A program made the translations under genes and the position numbers. A model generated the notes under the pieces. It saw only the letters and a program-made list of their open reading frames with translations. It was not told the DNA's origin and searched no databases. From Acanthaster planci (Eukaryota): DNA of 62,249 bases. Within the stretch, counting starts at the first letter, position 1. Every line of letters starts with the position of its first letter. Below, one piece after another: positions 35,501-49,672 of this stretch. The DNA lies in assembly GCF_001949145.1 (NCBI RefSeq), contig NW_019091359.1, positions 3,138,861 to 3,201,109 on the forward strand, in the 5' to 3' direction.

Positions 35501-38500
35501 GTGATGCATAGCTGATAGTGAACTCACTACAAAGTACAATTGAGAAGAGACAATTTCATGTAAGTTGCCACAACTGCGTGTATTATTAAAGAAGAGGCTT
35601 TTACAAGAAGTACAGAAAGATAAAGGAACAGTCACTGATTTCACTCCCATAATGCCTGTATGGCAAAATGACTGAGGGCTGGAAGTTTGAGGTACCATGT
35701 GGGTAAATGCACTATTAGACTTCCAAGAAGCTCCCATATACTGGTAGATATGCATACATACATGTAAATACGGGAATATGTAAGAGAAAAGTTGCTAGTG
35801 GCCACTTTCAAATGACCCATGAAAAACTGGTAGTCAATACATCACAAGATCTCAAATCCAATGAACTCTGCCCACCAAAACTCAAGTCTGAAGCAAAGAC
35901 AGGATGAAGGCACATCCCTCTGTGACTTCATTCCAGTACTTGGTGGAATGATGTTTACATGTCCACACTTCTCAGCAGCCAACTTGCTCTTTTGGTTGAT
36001 TGAACATGTCAGCATTTTAGGGTGAAAGTACTTGCTCCTATGAGGTTAAGCCCTGTTTCATACTAACTAACTCTTAAACGTGACTGGATCTCACAAAATG
36101 GGTCTTTAAAGGTATGGAATTTTGTTTCAGTTTGCATTAAGCAGAGCAAGAAGATCTCTTTGTTTTTATCATTTGTATTGAGAGTTTGGGCTCCTCCTGA
36201 AAACTACATGTACATGTTACATGTAGTCTGCATCACATGTACATACATGTACATGTTCATGTATGCGGGTGACAGATATTGAGTATATCTTGTTGATTGT
36301 GCAGGATCATTTGAGAAGCATCTGTTTGTATCCCCAATGTGGCTCCAGCAATGAATAGACGGCGTTACAAATGTGTCTGAATTACCGTACTTGGCTATGG
36401 CTTGTAGCTGCAGCCAGAATCACAGACTCATGTAATTTCAAGCCATAGCCAAGTTACTTAGACAAAGCTTCAATTAGGAAGATTCTCACACTGCACAAGA
36501 GAAAAAAAAGGAACTTCATGTACATTGTGTACTGGAGACTCATTTCTTGAGGTCTGATGGTAATCAGATATTTTAGGTTACAATGCAAGGACATGAACTA
36601 CATTGCATGTAAATGCAATGCTTGGGAAAGAAGAGCATCTAATTAAATATGCATGATCAAAGGTAACCATAAGTGCTGGAGATTATCATCAAACAAAATA
36701 CAAGTACAGTATATACATTGCCCAATCCATGATGTACCGGTACGTACATGTATGTATATGTACACGTATTTCTTTGAATTTATGGTCTGGTAGTTTTTTA
36801 AGGGTGAGGGATGTGAGCTGCAGCATAATTTATGTTTGATTCAAAGTTACATGAAAAGACTGAATAATGCCAGAATTATCAAAAGCAATATTTTGAAGCA
36901 AAAAGGTAGGACAAATTTTAATTTTGGCATGCTTGTATCTTTGAATTCCAAAATGTGTTCAAAAGAAGAAAATAAATCACGCTAAATATTCAATGGCTCA
37001 ACTATTCTCTTCAAAAAGTCTGATAATTATAAATACAATACTCTGTCTAATAAACTGTCTCTAAACAAAATGGACAATGGATAAACCTTTGCGGTCCTCT
37101 ACTCACTGGATCCTTGCAAGATTCCCAACTGATTCCAGGAAAAATGGTTGGATACATGTAGATTTTGAAACTACCACTGGTTGTGCATGTACATACATGG
37201 TATTCAAAGTCCAAATGAATCACCAAGTTCTTTGGCCAACAGCTTGTAAGAAGCTTCAGGAACCAACATAATGACTGTTTCAATGGAGAATATGCTTTTG
37301 TTTTGCTCTCAGAATTTCATCAGTGAGGTTAGTCCTTTAGCAAACCTTTGGCACCTAAGGCCAAAAATGTGTTCCTGCTGCTGTAAGTCTTGACAAGACT
37401 GGTCAAAATACCTTTTTAGCTGGAATGCTTGCATGAGAAGCAACTGCAGCATCTCAAATGTGGTAATCTCTGGATCAATGCTGAATGTCTTGTACTCCGG
37501 CTGAAGGAAACCTACGCATTTCTGAAGCAAGAAAGAACAAGAAAATATCAATGAAAAAGCACAGCGCACAAAACCCAGAAATTACTGAGCTTCCAACCAA
37601 CAAAATTCTGACCAAGTATTCCTAAGATTTATTTTCCTTGAAAAATAGCAAAATTATTAGCTACCCATTTTGTGAAATGCTAACCAGACAAGTGTTGTTA
37701 ATGTACATGTACACAGCTTTCAAAATGTATGTACTGTACATGTACACAATAATGCTTTGTGTACACAGTGTGCTTTTCACTGTCAGTGAACATCACTGTA
37801 AAGCATGATGTGCATTAATACAATACACATACAGACTATTACATGTACTGAATTAGTACATGAAAAACTGGTGTCCAATGTTGAGCTCATTGAACATGTG
37901 CATTTAACCTCTAGCACTTTACTAAAATCGGCTATAAAGTGCAATTTCACATCTTTATTAAACAAACAGAATGCTCAATGTAAGTTCTTATCTTGATTTC
38001 TAAACTTTATCTTCGTTGGTTTCTCGTTTTTGAAATAATGTATTTTATCATCTAGGTTTATATTGCTCTTGTGAGGTGCTTTAGGGTATTTTACATAAGT
38101 CGCTATAAAAATGTACATGTATTATTCTTATTACACATAAACCCCATTATATGATGTGTATTTGAAAAAAAGAAATTTTAACTGTTCATCAATGCCTAGA
38201 CTGAATAAGTTCCATCGCCCATGCCAATTTCAATGACCTTTTTGTATTAAACATTGCTCTGACATAGTAACTGTTCAAGATAAATATTAGATAATATACA
38301 AGAATGTATACACAGCCGAAGCTATCACTTTGCACCACCATTTTTATTGATTAAATTCCTGCAGCTGAAAAAAAGGCTAAAGTCTGAACAGATGTTGAAT
38401 TCAGCACACAGCAGTATCCGAGTTTAGCTGCATACAGTACAGCGTACATGTACGTAGGCTAGTCTAAACTGTCTGCCAAGTTTAATACATGTTCACATGG

Positions 38501-41500
38501 GTATACATGTACATGTACATGTAGGCCTATTGTACATTTATGTATGTATGTAATTATGGATTTGTACCCACTTTGGAGAGAAGGAGTTACTTTACAGAAT
38601 TCTGGCAAATTTGACATTCACGTATGTGCAAGTACATGTATGTAAAAATAAGCATCATGTTAACCCAAATGAGGTTTTTTTCTTTGAGTGTATATTAAAT
38701 CATTTTTTTTGTCTGTGCCCTTCCACGTAAATCAGGTTGGCACATATCCCATTCCACCGCTGATTACTTTTATTCATGAAAATGGTACAACCCAGTGTCA
38801 ACCCAAGTAATCTAGCTCTCTTCTGGGAAGAAAAATGAAAAACAAACACTAAAAATGGTTCCACCTCTACTTTTTATTCATATTCACTCACTAGACAAAA
38901 TAAGCGAAAAATTCAAATTTTGAAACTTCAAATATAAGCGAAGGGTCCTGTTTGCACCCCTGTAGCACTTCATTGAGTCAACAAATTTTAATGGCATCAC
39001 GTAACATGTTTAAAGTATAGAGGGTGAACCGTCAGATGAAACGAAGAATTCTGAATTTTTTGGGAGGGGGGACTCACCACACAGAGTATAGTATTTGTGT
39101 CTAGGAAAATTCACTGAAAAAAGGGTCGTTTATTTCTTTTACACATAAACTAAGATTACAGGATTAATTTCCAACATTTTGGGGTCTTTTGCAAAACTTT
39201 TGAACACAGACAAATGCTACAAGTGATCGCTGGTTGTTCAATAGCGTGTGCGTCGGCTGTAAGGTGAGTTCATACTCACTGAAAGGCGAGTGCGTAGAAA
39301 TAGGACTGTGTAGGTTTAGGGGGCCTGATGATATATGTACAGTAAAGCACACACACATTGTATAAAATGACAGAAGGTAACGACTTCCACACTGTACCAA
39401 TACAAAATACCTTTTTGGTTGAAATCCATTGTTCATACATGTGCATGTTTGATACACTGACATGGTCCATTGATCATATTTAAATGATAAAGGCCTTTGG
39501 CCAGGGCAGCCCACAGACCAATGCTACCAGTACGTTGGTGGTTTTGGTATTGAAGACAGAATCATACACCGGTATATTCACTCCAAACATGCTGAATTGA
39601 ATAATAACCGTGGCTAACTTACAATTACATGTATTCACTACGGAGATTGGTCTAAACCCACCCACTTCTTTCTAACTCCTATCTTGGGTTTGGAAGATTC
39701 TGTAGGATTGAATCAAATCAAGCACAGGGACTGGCTTCCACCTGCTGGAATACATGTAGCAACTTAAGACATTCGAATAGCCTATCAACGGTCAGGTGCA
39801 GAACTAATCGGTACAAATACAGCCTGCTGCCAAACATGACCTCTCTGTGAAATAAGTATCAATCTGTTTTGTTGGCATTGATTTCCCCTACCCCTACCCC
39901 TCCCTGTCACTTCCCCCTTTCTTCCATCCCCCCTCCCCTCCCCTTCTCATGTCCCCAACACCCTCTCCCCTTCCTTTGATTCAGTGTTAGTGTAATATCT
40001 GTGTTGTGTTCATGGTTTTTGTGTGTGTGTGAGTTTGTTTCTACATTCAATTNNNNNNNNNNNNNNNNNNNNNNNNNNNNNNNNNNNNNNNNNNNNNNNN
40101 NNNNNNNNNNNNNNNNNNNNNNNNNNNNNNNNNNNNNNNNNNNNNNNNNNNNNNNNNNNNNNNNNNNNNNNNNNNNNNNNNNNNNNNNNNNNNNNNNNNN
40201 NNNNNNNNNNNNNNNNNNNNNNNNNNNNNNNNNNNNNNNNNNNNNNNNNNNNNNNNNNNNNNNNNNNNNNNNNNNNNNNNNNNNNNNNNNNNNNNNNNNN
40301 NNNNNNNNNNNNNNNNNNNNNNNNNNNNNNNNNNNNNNNNNNNNNNNNNNNNNNNNNNNNNNNNNNNNNNNNNNNNNNNNNNNNNNNNNNNNNNNNNNNN
40401 NNNNNNNNNNNNNNNNNNNNNNNNNNNNNNNNNNNNNNNNNNNNNNNNNNNNNNNNNNNNNNNNNNNNNNNNNNNNNNNNNNNNNNNNNNNNNNNNNNNN
40501 NNNNNNNNNNNNNNNNNNNNNNNNNNNNNNNNNNNNNNNNNNNNNNNNNNNNNNNNNNNNNNNNNNNNNNNNNNNNNNNNNNNNNNNNNNNNNNNNNNNN
40601 NNNNNNNNNNNNNNNNNNNNNNNNNNNNNNNNNNNNNNNNNNNNNNNNNNNNNNNNNNNNNNNNNNNNNNNNNNNNNNNNNNNNNNNNNNNNNNNNNNNN
40701 NNNNNNNNNNNNNNNNNNNNNNNNNNNNNNNNNNNNNNNNNNTGGCTGGTTTTCTGATCAGTGGCTCCTTAGCTCTGATTGGCTAGCATACTGATCTGTT
40801 CCAGAAAATTTATGATTCACTCAGACTGGTCTGTTTTTTTAGCCCCAAATGTAAGTTATTGCCCTTCATTATCACAGCATGAAGTTCACATTACAAAAAC
40901 ATGCCTGGAGATTTATAAACAAATTATCCTATTGCCCAAGTACATGTCAGCTGGTGAATGTTTTTACAAGCCTTCAGACAACATTGACTACGCAATGTTT
41001 ATAAATACAGTGGTCAAGGGAAAAACACACCGATATAGAGTCCTATTGCGAACAGAAAAGCATTGTGAACATGCGACTGAAAAATGGTGATCATCAGATT
41101 TCTGATCACTACATGTAGATCCCCTGTGCACTTCAAACAGCAGAAAGGAAAGTTGTTTGTAGTTGTGAGGATCCGTGTACTGGTACATGTGTACATCACT
41201 AATCACATATTGGCTTGACCAATTTTGCAATAGATAAATCCCCAAATTACATGGAAAATGGACAGTGTATTAGTCCCACAACTGCACAACTGTTTCTTTG
41301 CAAAATATTAGCACTCCCTGAAGTACATATTTCTCAACATTTTAAACCTGTGTAAAGAGCTAGCTTGATAACACAGTGTGTGTCACACGCCCTGACAATG
41401 CCGCCTCTCCTGCTTCCGAAATGGTTGAGCCAATATGTGATTAGTGCGGTTCCCTGACCACAGATTCCCAGACGTCTCTATGCATACATGTAATCTTAAC

Positions 41501-42464
41501 GAGAGTCGACGGAATTATCGGGACTGGTATCCAAAGCAACATAAACGTTTATTACGCAAATATGCTGCGTCTGTTTTGTCACGACTTACGGCCCTAAGAG
41601 AATGCAGATGTGCGCGGATCGTCAAAGGATGAGGTAAGAATGGTAGGAAAACACCTCATTTTTTGACAATAATATAGGTTAAATCCTAGAAAATACACTC
41701 GAACCTGGATGTCCGATATAGTTAGAAGTTCATTATGACATGTATGAGGGTCTTTAGGGGTAGATTTGCTCCAAAAAGCGTAAACAAAGGTTTTCTCAGG
41801 TACAACTACCTGACCCTGGCAGAGCACTTTTCAAAACCCCATAGCGTTACGACACCATCTAAACCGTGTTGGCTATAACTAAGTCACACAGAGAAGTGAC
41901 TTGGACTTGAAGTTAGAGTTCTCAAAGTAGGTTCATCCATGGGCCAGCCTACCCCCAGAACTGTGGGGTCCGACGTCCACTCCTCTCCCACGAACCCCAC
42001 AGAAAAAGAGCCTTTTTGCCATAGGCTATGCATGATGTTTAACAGGGCACGAACAGCAATTCCATTCAAGTTGTGTACCGATAGATATGTTGCTTCATTT
42101 CCCCCAAGAGTTTTATGTAAGACTGCTTACATACCTTTGTTTTGAGTATCAAGAAAGAAAAGGGCTGTAAAACCATGCCGTTTTCCCCCAAAAAGTGCAA
42201 GGTAGGGCCAGCCTATACACACTGTTGGCCCCAATAGGGCCAATGACATGTATGATGTGATTTTTGTAATGTCTGTTGGACTAAGGAGCTATTAAAACGG
42301 TGTGTTTTATACAATTACAGCTCCATAGTTGGACCTAGGCCTACATGACATTTAAGCACTGTCTCTGGTGCTGACATGGCAAATGGATTATGGAACCTAC
42401 TCACCATAACTTGCACTCGTATTGCCTCACGATTTCCACCGCCTTTCTGTTTAATCCCCGCCAT
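32533..42464 (-). CDS. TBC1D25: TBC1 domain family member 25 (OATL1; Rab-GAP), 701 aa. Exons 42464-42405, 37521-37412, 35526-35375, 34316-32533
   Basis: Spliced product: MAGIKQKGGGNREAIRVQVM-KCVGFLQPEYKTFSIDPEITTFEMLQLLLMQAFQLKS-EFTISYASRDDQAREVYLSMLSDWDLDSA..LKVDAKPFDGPG-LLEDWDVIS..ELRLRVYQGGIKPSLRKVVWRHLLNIFP..VRKDVLRTDR..YCQGMSDL..FCYRWLLLELKREF..GGGNPFVMFLCL. It is colinear with recalled human TBC1D25. The R-finger (KDVLR) and Q-finger (YCQG) are intact. GT-AG introns, phases 0,2,1; CDS 2106 nt. Confidence 0.95.
34769..35252. mobile_element. Old hAT-like MITE in TBC1D25 intron 3
   Basis: Ends tggggctg.. and ..cagcccta, with subterminal gaatattcgaat-type repeats at both ends. Degenerate 8-bp TSD: ctactaat (34761-34768) and caaccaat (35253-35260). 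A related subterminal motif occurs near 11750-11790. Confidence 0.55.
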
Positions 42465-42726
42465 TGTGTTAACAACCACCACAACTGAATGGAGACGATT
42501 CAATCCCTATTTCTTGGAGAGTCCATTTGGAGGATTTGGGCTTCAAACCAAGCACGAACCGAGCTGTTCAACACTCGACATTTTCCTCCCGTTTGACAAT
42601 ATGTCTTTGTCTTAGCCTTGACGTCTAGCTCATAATGGAACGACTGGGCAACTGATGTCATCGGGGGACCTGACTAATACTCTGTCTACCACCCAGACGT
42701 CTTCGGAATATTTTGGTACGGAAAAA

Positions 42727-42734
42727 TGACGTCA
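42727..42734. promoter_or_regulatory. Palindromic CRE (TGACGTCA) in the putative TBC1D25 promoter
   Basis: Perfect TGACGTCA about 260 bp upstream of the TBC1D25 ATG, in a CpG-rich patch. Function is inferred only. Confidence 0.35.
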
Positions 42735-43655
42735 ACAGGCACCGTTGTGCCATTTAATTAATTAAAGACCTGGACAAGGGAGGGGGAGGAGTCGAATGTC
42801 AGGCGCTGAATCTCTTTTCTAATTTTCATATTTCTACCCAAAATAGAAATTCTCTTCACGATTTAGGAACAAAAAGTAAGGGCCAATAACATGCAACAGA
42901 TGGAGGGCGATGTACATCAATTGAGGCATGCCCCAGTGACTTTTCCAAGTATAGTAGGGCTAGGCTCATAGCATTGAGGGAAGAAATACACGCCGCGAGC
43001 TTCAAGGTGGAGCAACCGAACACATAGAGAAAAGCTTTTTTGTCCAGATACATGTGCTGTACTTTTTATGGAAAAAAAATCACGACTTGGACCTCTTGCC
43101 TAGATGTATGCACGATGATGGAAACAAACTAAAGGTGGATCGGGGACAGCGGGGGCCATACCTAAAACAATTTTATAAGGGTTTGAATTCACCCACATTA
43201 GGATGTATGTTCGTGAGAAGAGTAATGTATTACATTTGCCGTAACTTGGACTGGGGTACAATTAAGGTTACTGGACGTTTTAACGATGCGGGGAAATGGC
43301 ACGTTATCTCAGTGTTTGAGGAACTTCAAGGCTCGAAGTCTTCAGTTTAGTCAGGGGCTACATAACTGATACATAGGCCTAGCGGCCGGCCGGAGGATAC
43401 GAGAGGCAGCAGGGCACATAGCACAGGCATTCGGTTCCAGATGATACTCTGGCAGTTATTTTTATACCAACTGAACGCACCACTACAAACCCGGTATGGA
43501 ATGACCGTTCGTTTACAGAGGTCTGCATGTTAGGATTTCCTTCTGGGAGAATTGCTTCTTCCAAGTTAGGAAAGTGTAGATTCCAGTGGAGACAAGAGAC
43601 TGCGGCAGTCGTTTGTTTCATATTTCTGAAGCTGCAGACCTTGGCAACACTTTGT

Positions 43656-43860
43656 CCGAGACCTTGATGTCTGATGACCAAGACCGAGCCGAGAACAAGG
43701 CATTCAGGACCAAGACCGAGACCACTCTTTCAAGACCGAGACCAAAACCGAGACCACTCTTTCAAGAACGAGACCAAGACCAAAACCACTCTTTCAAGAC
43801 CAAGACCGAGAACACTCCTTCAAGACCATGCGTGACTTTTGCAGATTGATACCGAGACCA
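43656..43860. repeat. ccgagacc/caagacc-rich subterminal repeat block of a non-autonomous DNA transposon
   Basis: Repeated (c/g)aagaccgagacc..ctctttcaagacc units. The same motif family occurs at 45036-45612. Confidence 0.6.
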
Positions 43861-45035
43861 AACATCAAAATGTTCAAGAAAGTGAAATGGGGACAAGCAA
43901 CATAAGGCAATAAAAATGTACTATACTAAGTATATAAAATAAAGGCATTACAATCAAACATAAATCGGTTAATTATTTGAAGACTCGACAACTTTTTAGT
44001 TTACCTCTGGGAAATACAATGTAGTTGTGATGAGCTACCGACTTTTGATTTGTCAATAATACTGTCAGCAGGCATATGATTATTATGACCATGAACTCAC
44101 AAGACGATTTGCATTTAATTTTAACTGAGATTAAAGCATACTTATACATGTACATGTTTCATAGAAACCTATTTGGGCATGCATGATGTGTAAAATGGCA
44201 AAATCTGAAATGATCCTAATTTTAATGATGAATGTCTAGGTTTGCTTTATCAGGACTGGCTAGAAGGGTCAATCAGCAGGGAAAAAATCATTTTACGTAC
44301 TGATATGGCATTTCCCCAAGTAAAACAAATATCTTTTCTATAGACTGTTTTTGAGAGCAAAACATTAAGAAAAAATGAATCCATGTACCCAAATACTACT
44401 GAGATGACAAATGAGGAAAAGAAACACAGAATAAGGTTTAACATACTCTTCCACGTCTACACATGCAATTAGCAACACAAGAGAGAGCTCCAAGCATTTT
44501 AGGTGAAAATCTGGCTCTGTGCTGACGCATTATAATTCCATCTGTGTTAAACACTCGCTCAACCGGAGCACTCAAAGCTGGCACAGATAGGACTAGTACT
44601 GCTACGTTGCTCAAAGAGGGATACTTTGTGTGTTCCTGCAGCCAAAACGTGAACTAATTTTACTTTAAGGTGTCGTGTAAGTGCAGAAGCTATCCCGCAC
44701 TAAGGTTTCCGAAATGGTCTTCGTGCAAAACGTGCATTATGCACAGTGTTTCCTGCCCTCTTTTCTGCTCCTCGCCAATTCCCTGTACTTCTTACACCAA
44801 AACCTTATACCAAACAGCACCGCTGCCAATTAATTTGACATGGCAGGGCAGTAGGGCACTAATGTTTCTCCAATTTGAAATTTGTGAAGTTAATGATATC
44901 ACAAAAGGGGACATTTCGCGTAACTAAAACAGCATGTTGCATATACGTGAAACGCGCCCGGCAAGCTATATAATTATGCGTTGCATGTACACACGTACGT
45001 GTACACAAACATGCAAGGACTATAGATGCGCATTT

Positions 45036-45612
45036 TGTTGTGGTCTCGACAGGATCGAGCGGCAGACCTGAGACTTTGACATGTGAGACCGGACCAAGAC
45101 TGAGAGCAGTGCTTTCGAGACCCGGCCGAAGCCAGCCCTCCTGAGACCGAGACTCGGATACGACGAGAACGAGAGTCCGAGACCTCAACAAAATCTCGAG
45201 ACGTTCTCGAGACCGAGACCAGGTCTCGAGACCATGGGCGTAAATCCGGGGGGGGGGAATATACATACCCCCTACTTTTTGAGGGGGATGGGCTATTGAA
45301 TCCTCCCCCAGACACACACTTTTTGTGGTGAGCAAAAAATTAAAGTGAATTGTGAAGAATTTTTCAGACTTCCAACGGCTAAAATGCATTCAAGATTATT
45401 CAAAAAGCGAAACAATTTTAAAAAGCTATAAATAGGCCATTCTGAATGTATATTACAGATGTACATTAATAGCATAAGCATCGACCTCTATGTAGAGTCA
45501 TATTGTGTCGCCCCATCCCCCACTGTCAACATTAAAGTCATCCCCTCCTCACCTTTCCCCACCCCTCATGCCAAACACAAATTTACGCCACTGCTCGAGA
45601 CCTACAACATTG
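45036..45612. mobile_element. ccgagacc-rich MITE, host of a nested insertion
   Basis: The left end tgttgtggtctcga (45036-45049) pairs with the right end tcgagac/ctacaaca once the nested element is removed. The interior is rich in ccgagacc. Confidence 0.55.
45233..45593. mobile_element. 361-bp hAT-type MITE with a perfect 8-bp TSD
   Basis: TIRs catgggcgtaaat and atttacgccactg. TSD ctcgagac at 45225-45232 and 45594-45601. An 8-bp TSD is characteristic of hAT elements. Confidence 0.85.
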
Positions 45613-46508
45613 GAAGTTACTGTGCTTGATGAAACACGTTCATAGAAAATACGACATAACAAATGCACTAATATAAAGCCTGACCAAATTTGTTCATTGC
45701 GTAACAAATGTTGAGCCATATATGTTGAGCCGTATGTAGATATCACCAAGCTAAAGAATAGATCACACTATTAGAGTGATTTGAGGTAACTTAATGACTT
45801 AAAAATACTGTCTCTAAGAAACCCGTATACATGTACTTCTCCACTTCTCTACATTTAGACAATGACAAAATGGAAATGCAGTTTTAACAATCACTTCGAA
45901 ATCTTTACTGACTCTTTTAGCATGGGTGTCGCCAGACTGATTTCAATGGGACGACCTTCAACTTGCGGATGTCTCATGCAAAAAGGAGGTTCAAGCGCTT
46001 GGAGGATTACTACGCACCTTAACACCTGCCACTGTTCACAATGAACAAATATTGACATCTAACGACAAACTGAATGCCCTACCCCAGCCCGCCGACGCAT
46101 CTGTTCAAATTAGTTTATTGGGGGCGGGGAGAGAGAAGTTGTTGTGCCCATACCCAGTGACGTATGGGGGGCAGGGAGGGGGCACTTCCGCCAAACTGGC
46201 TCAAAACGTTAGTTTTTAAGTTATTTCAACACAAACCCCACTCTTCTACAAGTGCAAGTCCATTGATGAATCAAAAATCAAATAAATGCTTCACGTCAAA
46301 CTCCAAGTTGCTACGTAAAAAGGAGTTTGGTATCTTTATACATAGGTAGAAATAAACCATAAAAGTACTGTTATAATAGTCTCAAACCTTGTATCGCCTT
46401 GCACTAAGCTGGATAAATCATTTCTTTGATGTCTCGGGAAAAAAAACGTTTGGCTTCCAGCCAGTATGGTGGTTATCAGGATTTCATTTCGATTGGTGTT
46501 TCCGACAT

Positions 46509-49500
46509 TTATTCCCAGTTAGTCCAAGTGNNNNNNNNNNNNNNNNNNNNNNNNNNNNNNNNNNNNNNNNNNNNNNNNNNNNNNNNNNNNNNNNNNNNNN
46601 NNNNNNNNNNNNNNNNNNNNNNNNNNNNNNNNNNNNNNNNNNNNNNNNNNNNNNNNNNNNNNNNNNNNNNNNNNNNNNNNNNNNNNNNNNNNNNNNNNNN
46701 NNNNNNNNNNNNNNNNNNNNNNNNNNNNNNNNNNNNNNNNNNNNNNNNNNNNNNNNNNNNNNNNNNNNNNNNNNNNNNNNNNNNNNNNNNNNNNNNNNNN
46801 NNNNNNNNNNNNNNNNNNNNNNNNNNNNNNNNNNNNNNNNNNNNNNNNNNNNNNNNNNNNNNNNNNNNNNNNNNNNNNNNNNNNNNNNNNNNNNNNNNNN
46901 NNNNNNNNNNNNNNNNNNNNNNNNNNNNNNNNNNNNNNNNNNNNNNNNNNNNNNNNNNNNNNNNNNNNNNNNNNNNNNNNNNNNNNNNNNNNNNNNNNNN
47001 NNNNNNNNNNNNNNNNNNNNNNNNNNNNNNNNNNNNNNNNNNNNNNNNNNNNNNNNNNNNNNNNNNNNNNNNNNNNNNNNNNNNNNNNNNNNNNNNNNNC
47101 ACCGCCTTCCCACAGACTTTCTTTCCACCCACGAAGGGGCCAATTGTTGCCGCCCAAGTAAATTTGTCCTCCATTATCTGTTATTTATTTTGGAAAAACA
47201 AAGGAAGAGATGTAAAAAAGAAAAACTCCTCCATAAACGATTAAACAGATTGAACTCATTGACGCATAAACAACTTTGTAATGAAAATGCAGCAATCCAT
47301 GCATGTAATCATCATCAAAAGTTTTTGTTGAATGCTGTTGAGTCTTAACTCGTTGACAGCACCGAATTTTTAAAATATAACGTATGCAAACGTATTCCGC
47401 TAATTTTGCGAGACAAATTGGATGCACGTGAAATAAATGCAGAGGAAGTTTGCTCTGCGTTTTCAGTGCCATTCAGTGACAGTCTTCAGTCCTATATAAT
47501 ATCAATCTCATTCCAGTAATTAATAAAATCAGGCAAGAAATGTGTTTATATACCTGTTGAAAAGATGAGCACTGTGTCTTTCCAGAGTCCTAATTGGTCC
47601 ATCGTCTGGGTGATGTTACCAATCCCTTCATCCATACACGCCACCATCCCAGCATAAATCCTCCTAAATTTGTCTTGGATGTGCCAATATGGAATCATGT
47701 ACTGCTCTGGTACTTCCAAGGGTGAGTGAACAGCTTGGAACGGCAGATACAGGAAGAACGGCTATATAAAGAAATCGCAGGCTGTGATGGGTTAGCTTTA
47801 CAAACTATTAGAGATTTAGACTAACAGACTGTGGGTTTTAGTCGGAAAGAACTCATGGAAAAGGGATTTGGTTTTCCTTTGTCTTGTTTCATCTGTGGTT
47901 TTGTTTGTTTTTAATATGAAATCACTTATATAAAAATATAAGATTATCAGTTTTGAATCTTCTGTGTAATTATTTCAATTATCCCTTTATAAAATTTAGC
48001 CAATAAGATAAAAAAAATATGAGGATTATTCCCCATAAAATGATGCTCAACTTCGGTAAATATTAGTCCAAGTTTTAAATTAATTAAAAACAAGGTACGA
48101 TATTCGATGTGCCGCTTTCAACATAACAACACGGAAGTGGCTTCATACAATAGTCGGGCATATCAGTTCCTCCTACGGGCAACGCGACTCGTTCGGCCCT
48201 TCTTATAGAAATTAAGGCCACGAGCACTGCCCCTAAATTCAGCTAACTTAGCCAAGAAATCCATCAAACATTAACAACATTACGTTCATCAACCCTACTT
48301 CGATTTTCAAAATGTAAATGAAACCTTTCGGCTCCGCTTTTCTAGAGAAAAATAAAATATGTAATCGTTGAGTGTCAGATGCTGACGATCCAGCCATGGT
48401 TACCTGATTAGAGTTCTGACTGTGTTGACGTAAAATGTCCTGAGCCCGTTGAGTAAATAGATGAGTCGAATAAATACCGTTGTAGTTCCAAACAGGATTC
48501 TCTTGGTCTCTAAAATCCAGTGAACCATTTCGTTTATGGGTAAAATATTCCTCCTTACCGAGCAAATATCCTAAAAAAAAGTAAGTTATAATGTCACAAT
48601 TGGTAGTTTCAAAATTGACCCAGATATAGTTCTACAAAGTTTGCTTAAACTCATGTGCACGTAGTCTATATGAAATGGACAGCATACAGGTTTTTAAGAA
48701 ACAGAAGATTTCGTAACGCGAATATCTGACGCCACAAATTTGCGTTCACGTTCGCTTTTCGCGCCGATTATGAATGACCTTAAGTTCCATTGATTTAGCT
48801 ACAGATAGCCTATGGCCGCAGCTGTCTCACCGGACACAATTTGGTCCTACGAAACCGAGATGCAATGCAACCGGTAATTTATTTTTAATCAAAATGAAAG
48901 AGAGACATTCATTTGCATAAACCTCATAAAAAGACTACGGAGCTTCACATTTTGATTCTACATTTGCCCTCTAGGGTATTTGGGCCTACCGAAATAAGAG
49001 TCGAATCCACGACGAGTCGGCCAACAAGCTTTCTTGTACATTCCCAAATGCCACTTGCCAACCACATGAGTCGCGTATTCCAACTCCTTTAACTTCTCAG
49101 CTAATGTAACGTCGTCGAGGGGAAGGCAGCTGGGCATTTCTGGCGTGATGACTCCATGCTGCAAACCAGTGTGGATCTAATTCAGGGGCATGGGAACATT
49201 AAATGGTCATGAATTCAGGAGCATCGATTTTAAATGATATAAGATAAATGCATATGTCTTAAGGAATTTCTTATGAACGTTTCATATTTACGGCACATCA
49301 TCTAATACTACATTTACGCTAACTTAACGCCAACGCCAAAAAAGGGTTTATGTTTCTTTCTTCTGTTATTTGCCGTCTGAAACCTACCTGGTATTTTCCA
49401 CTCATTAGCTGGCTTCTTGTTGGTGTGCAGATGGGCTGAACGTAATAATTCTCTAGTTTCACACCCTCAGCAGCCAACCTGTCCAGGTTGGGCGTTTTGA

Positions 49501-49672
49501 TCTCGGAACCATGGTAACCGATGTCATGGAAACCATAATCGTCAGCCAAGATGAAGATGATGTTAGGCTTTTTGCAGGCTATACGATGATTCGTGCTGAT
49601 CATAAGGAGTAATATCAATAGACACAGGATGCACGAAAAACATGGAGCATAGGATTTCAGTCGTCTGTACAT
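46509..49672 (-). CDS. ARSB: Arylsulfatase B-like sulfatase, copy A. Exons 49672-49388, 49176-48990, 48570-48404, 47761-47554, 47177-47100 (into gap); probable C-terminal stub 46530-46509
   Basis: Signal peptide, then [13 protein letters not shown], the formylglycine motif [56 protein letters not shown] and [24 protein letters not shown]. After the gap comes 'TWTNWE*', resembling the ARSB C-terminal W-x-x-W. Intron positions (YQ|IH, FG|Y, |PFFL, ST|DNG) match those recalled for vertebrate ARSB rather than the two-exon ARSI/ARSJ. One-to-one orthology is not established. Confidence 0.88.
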
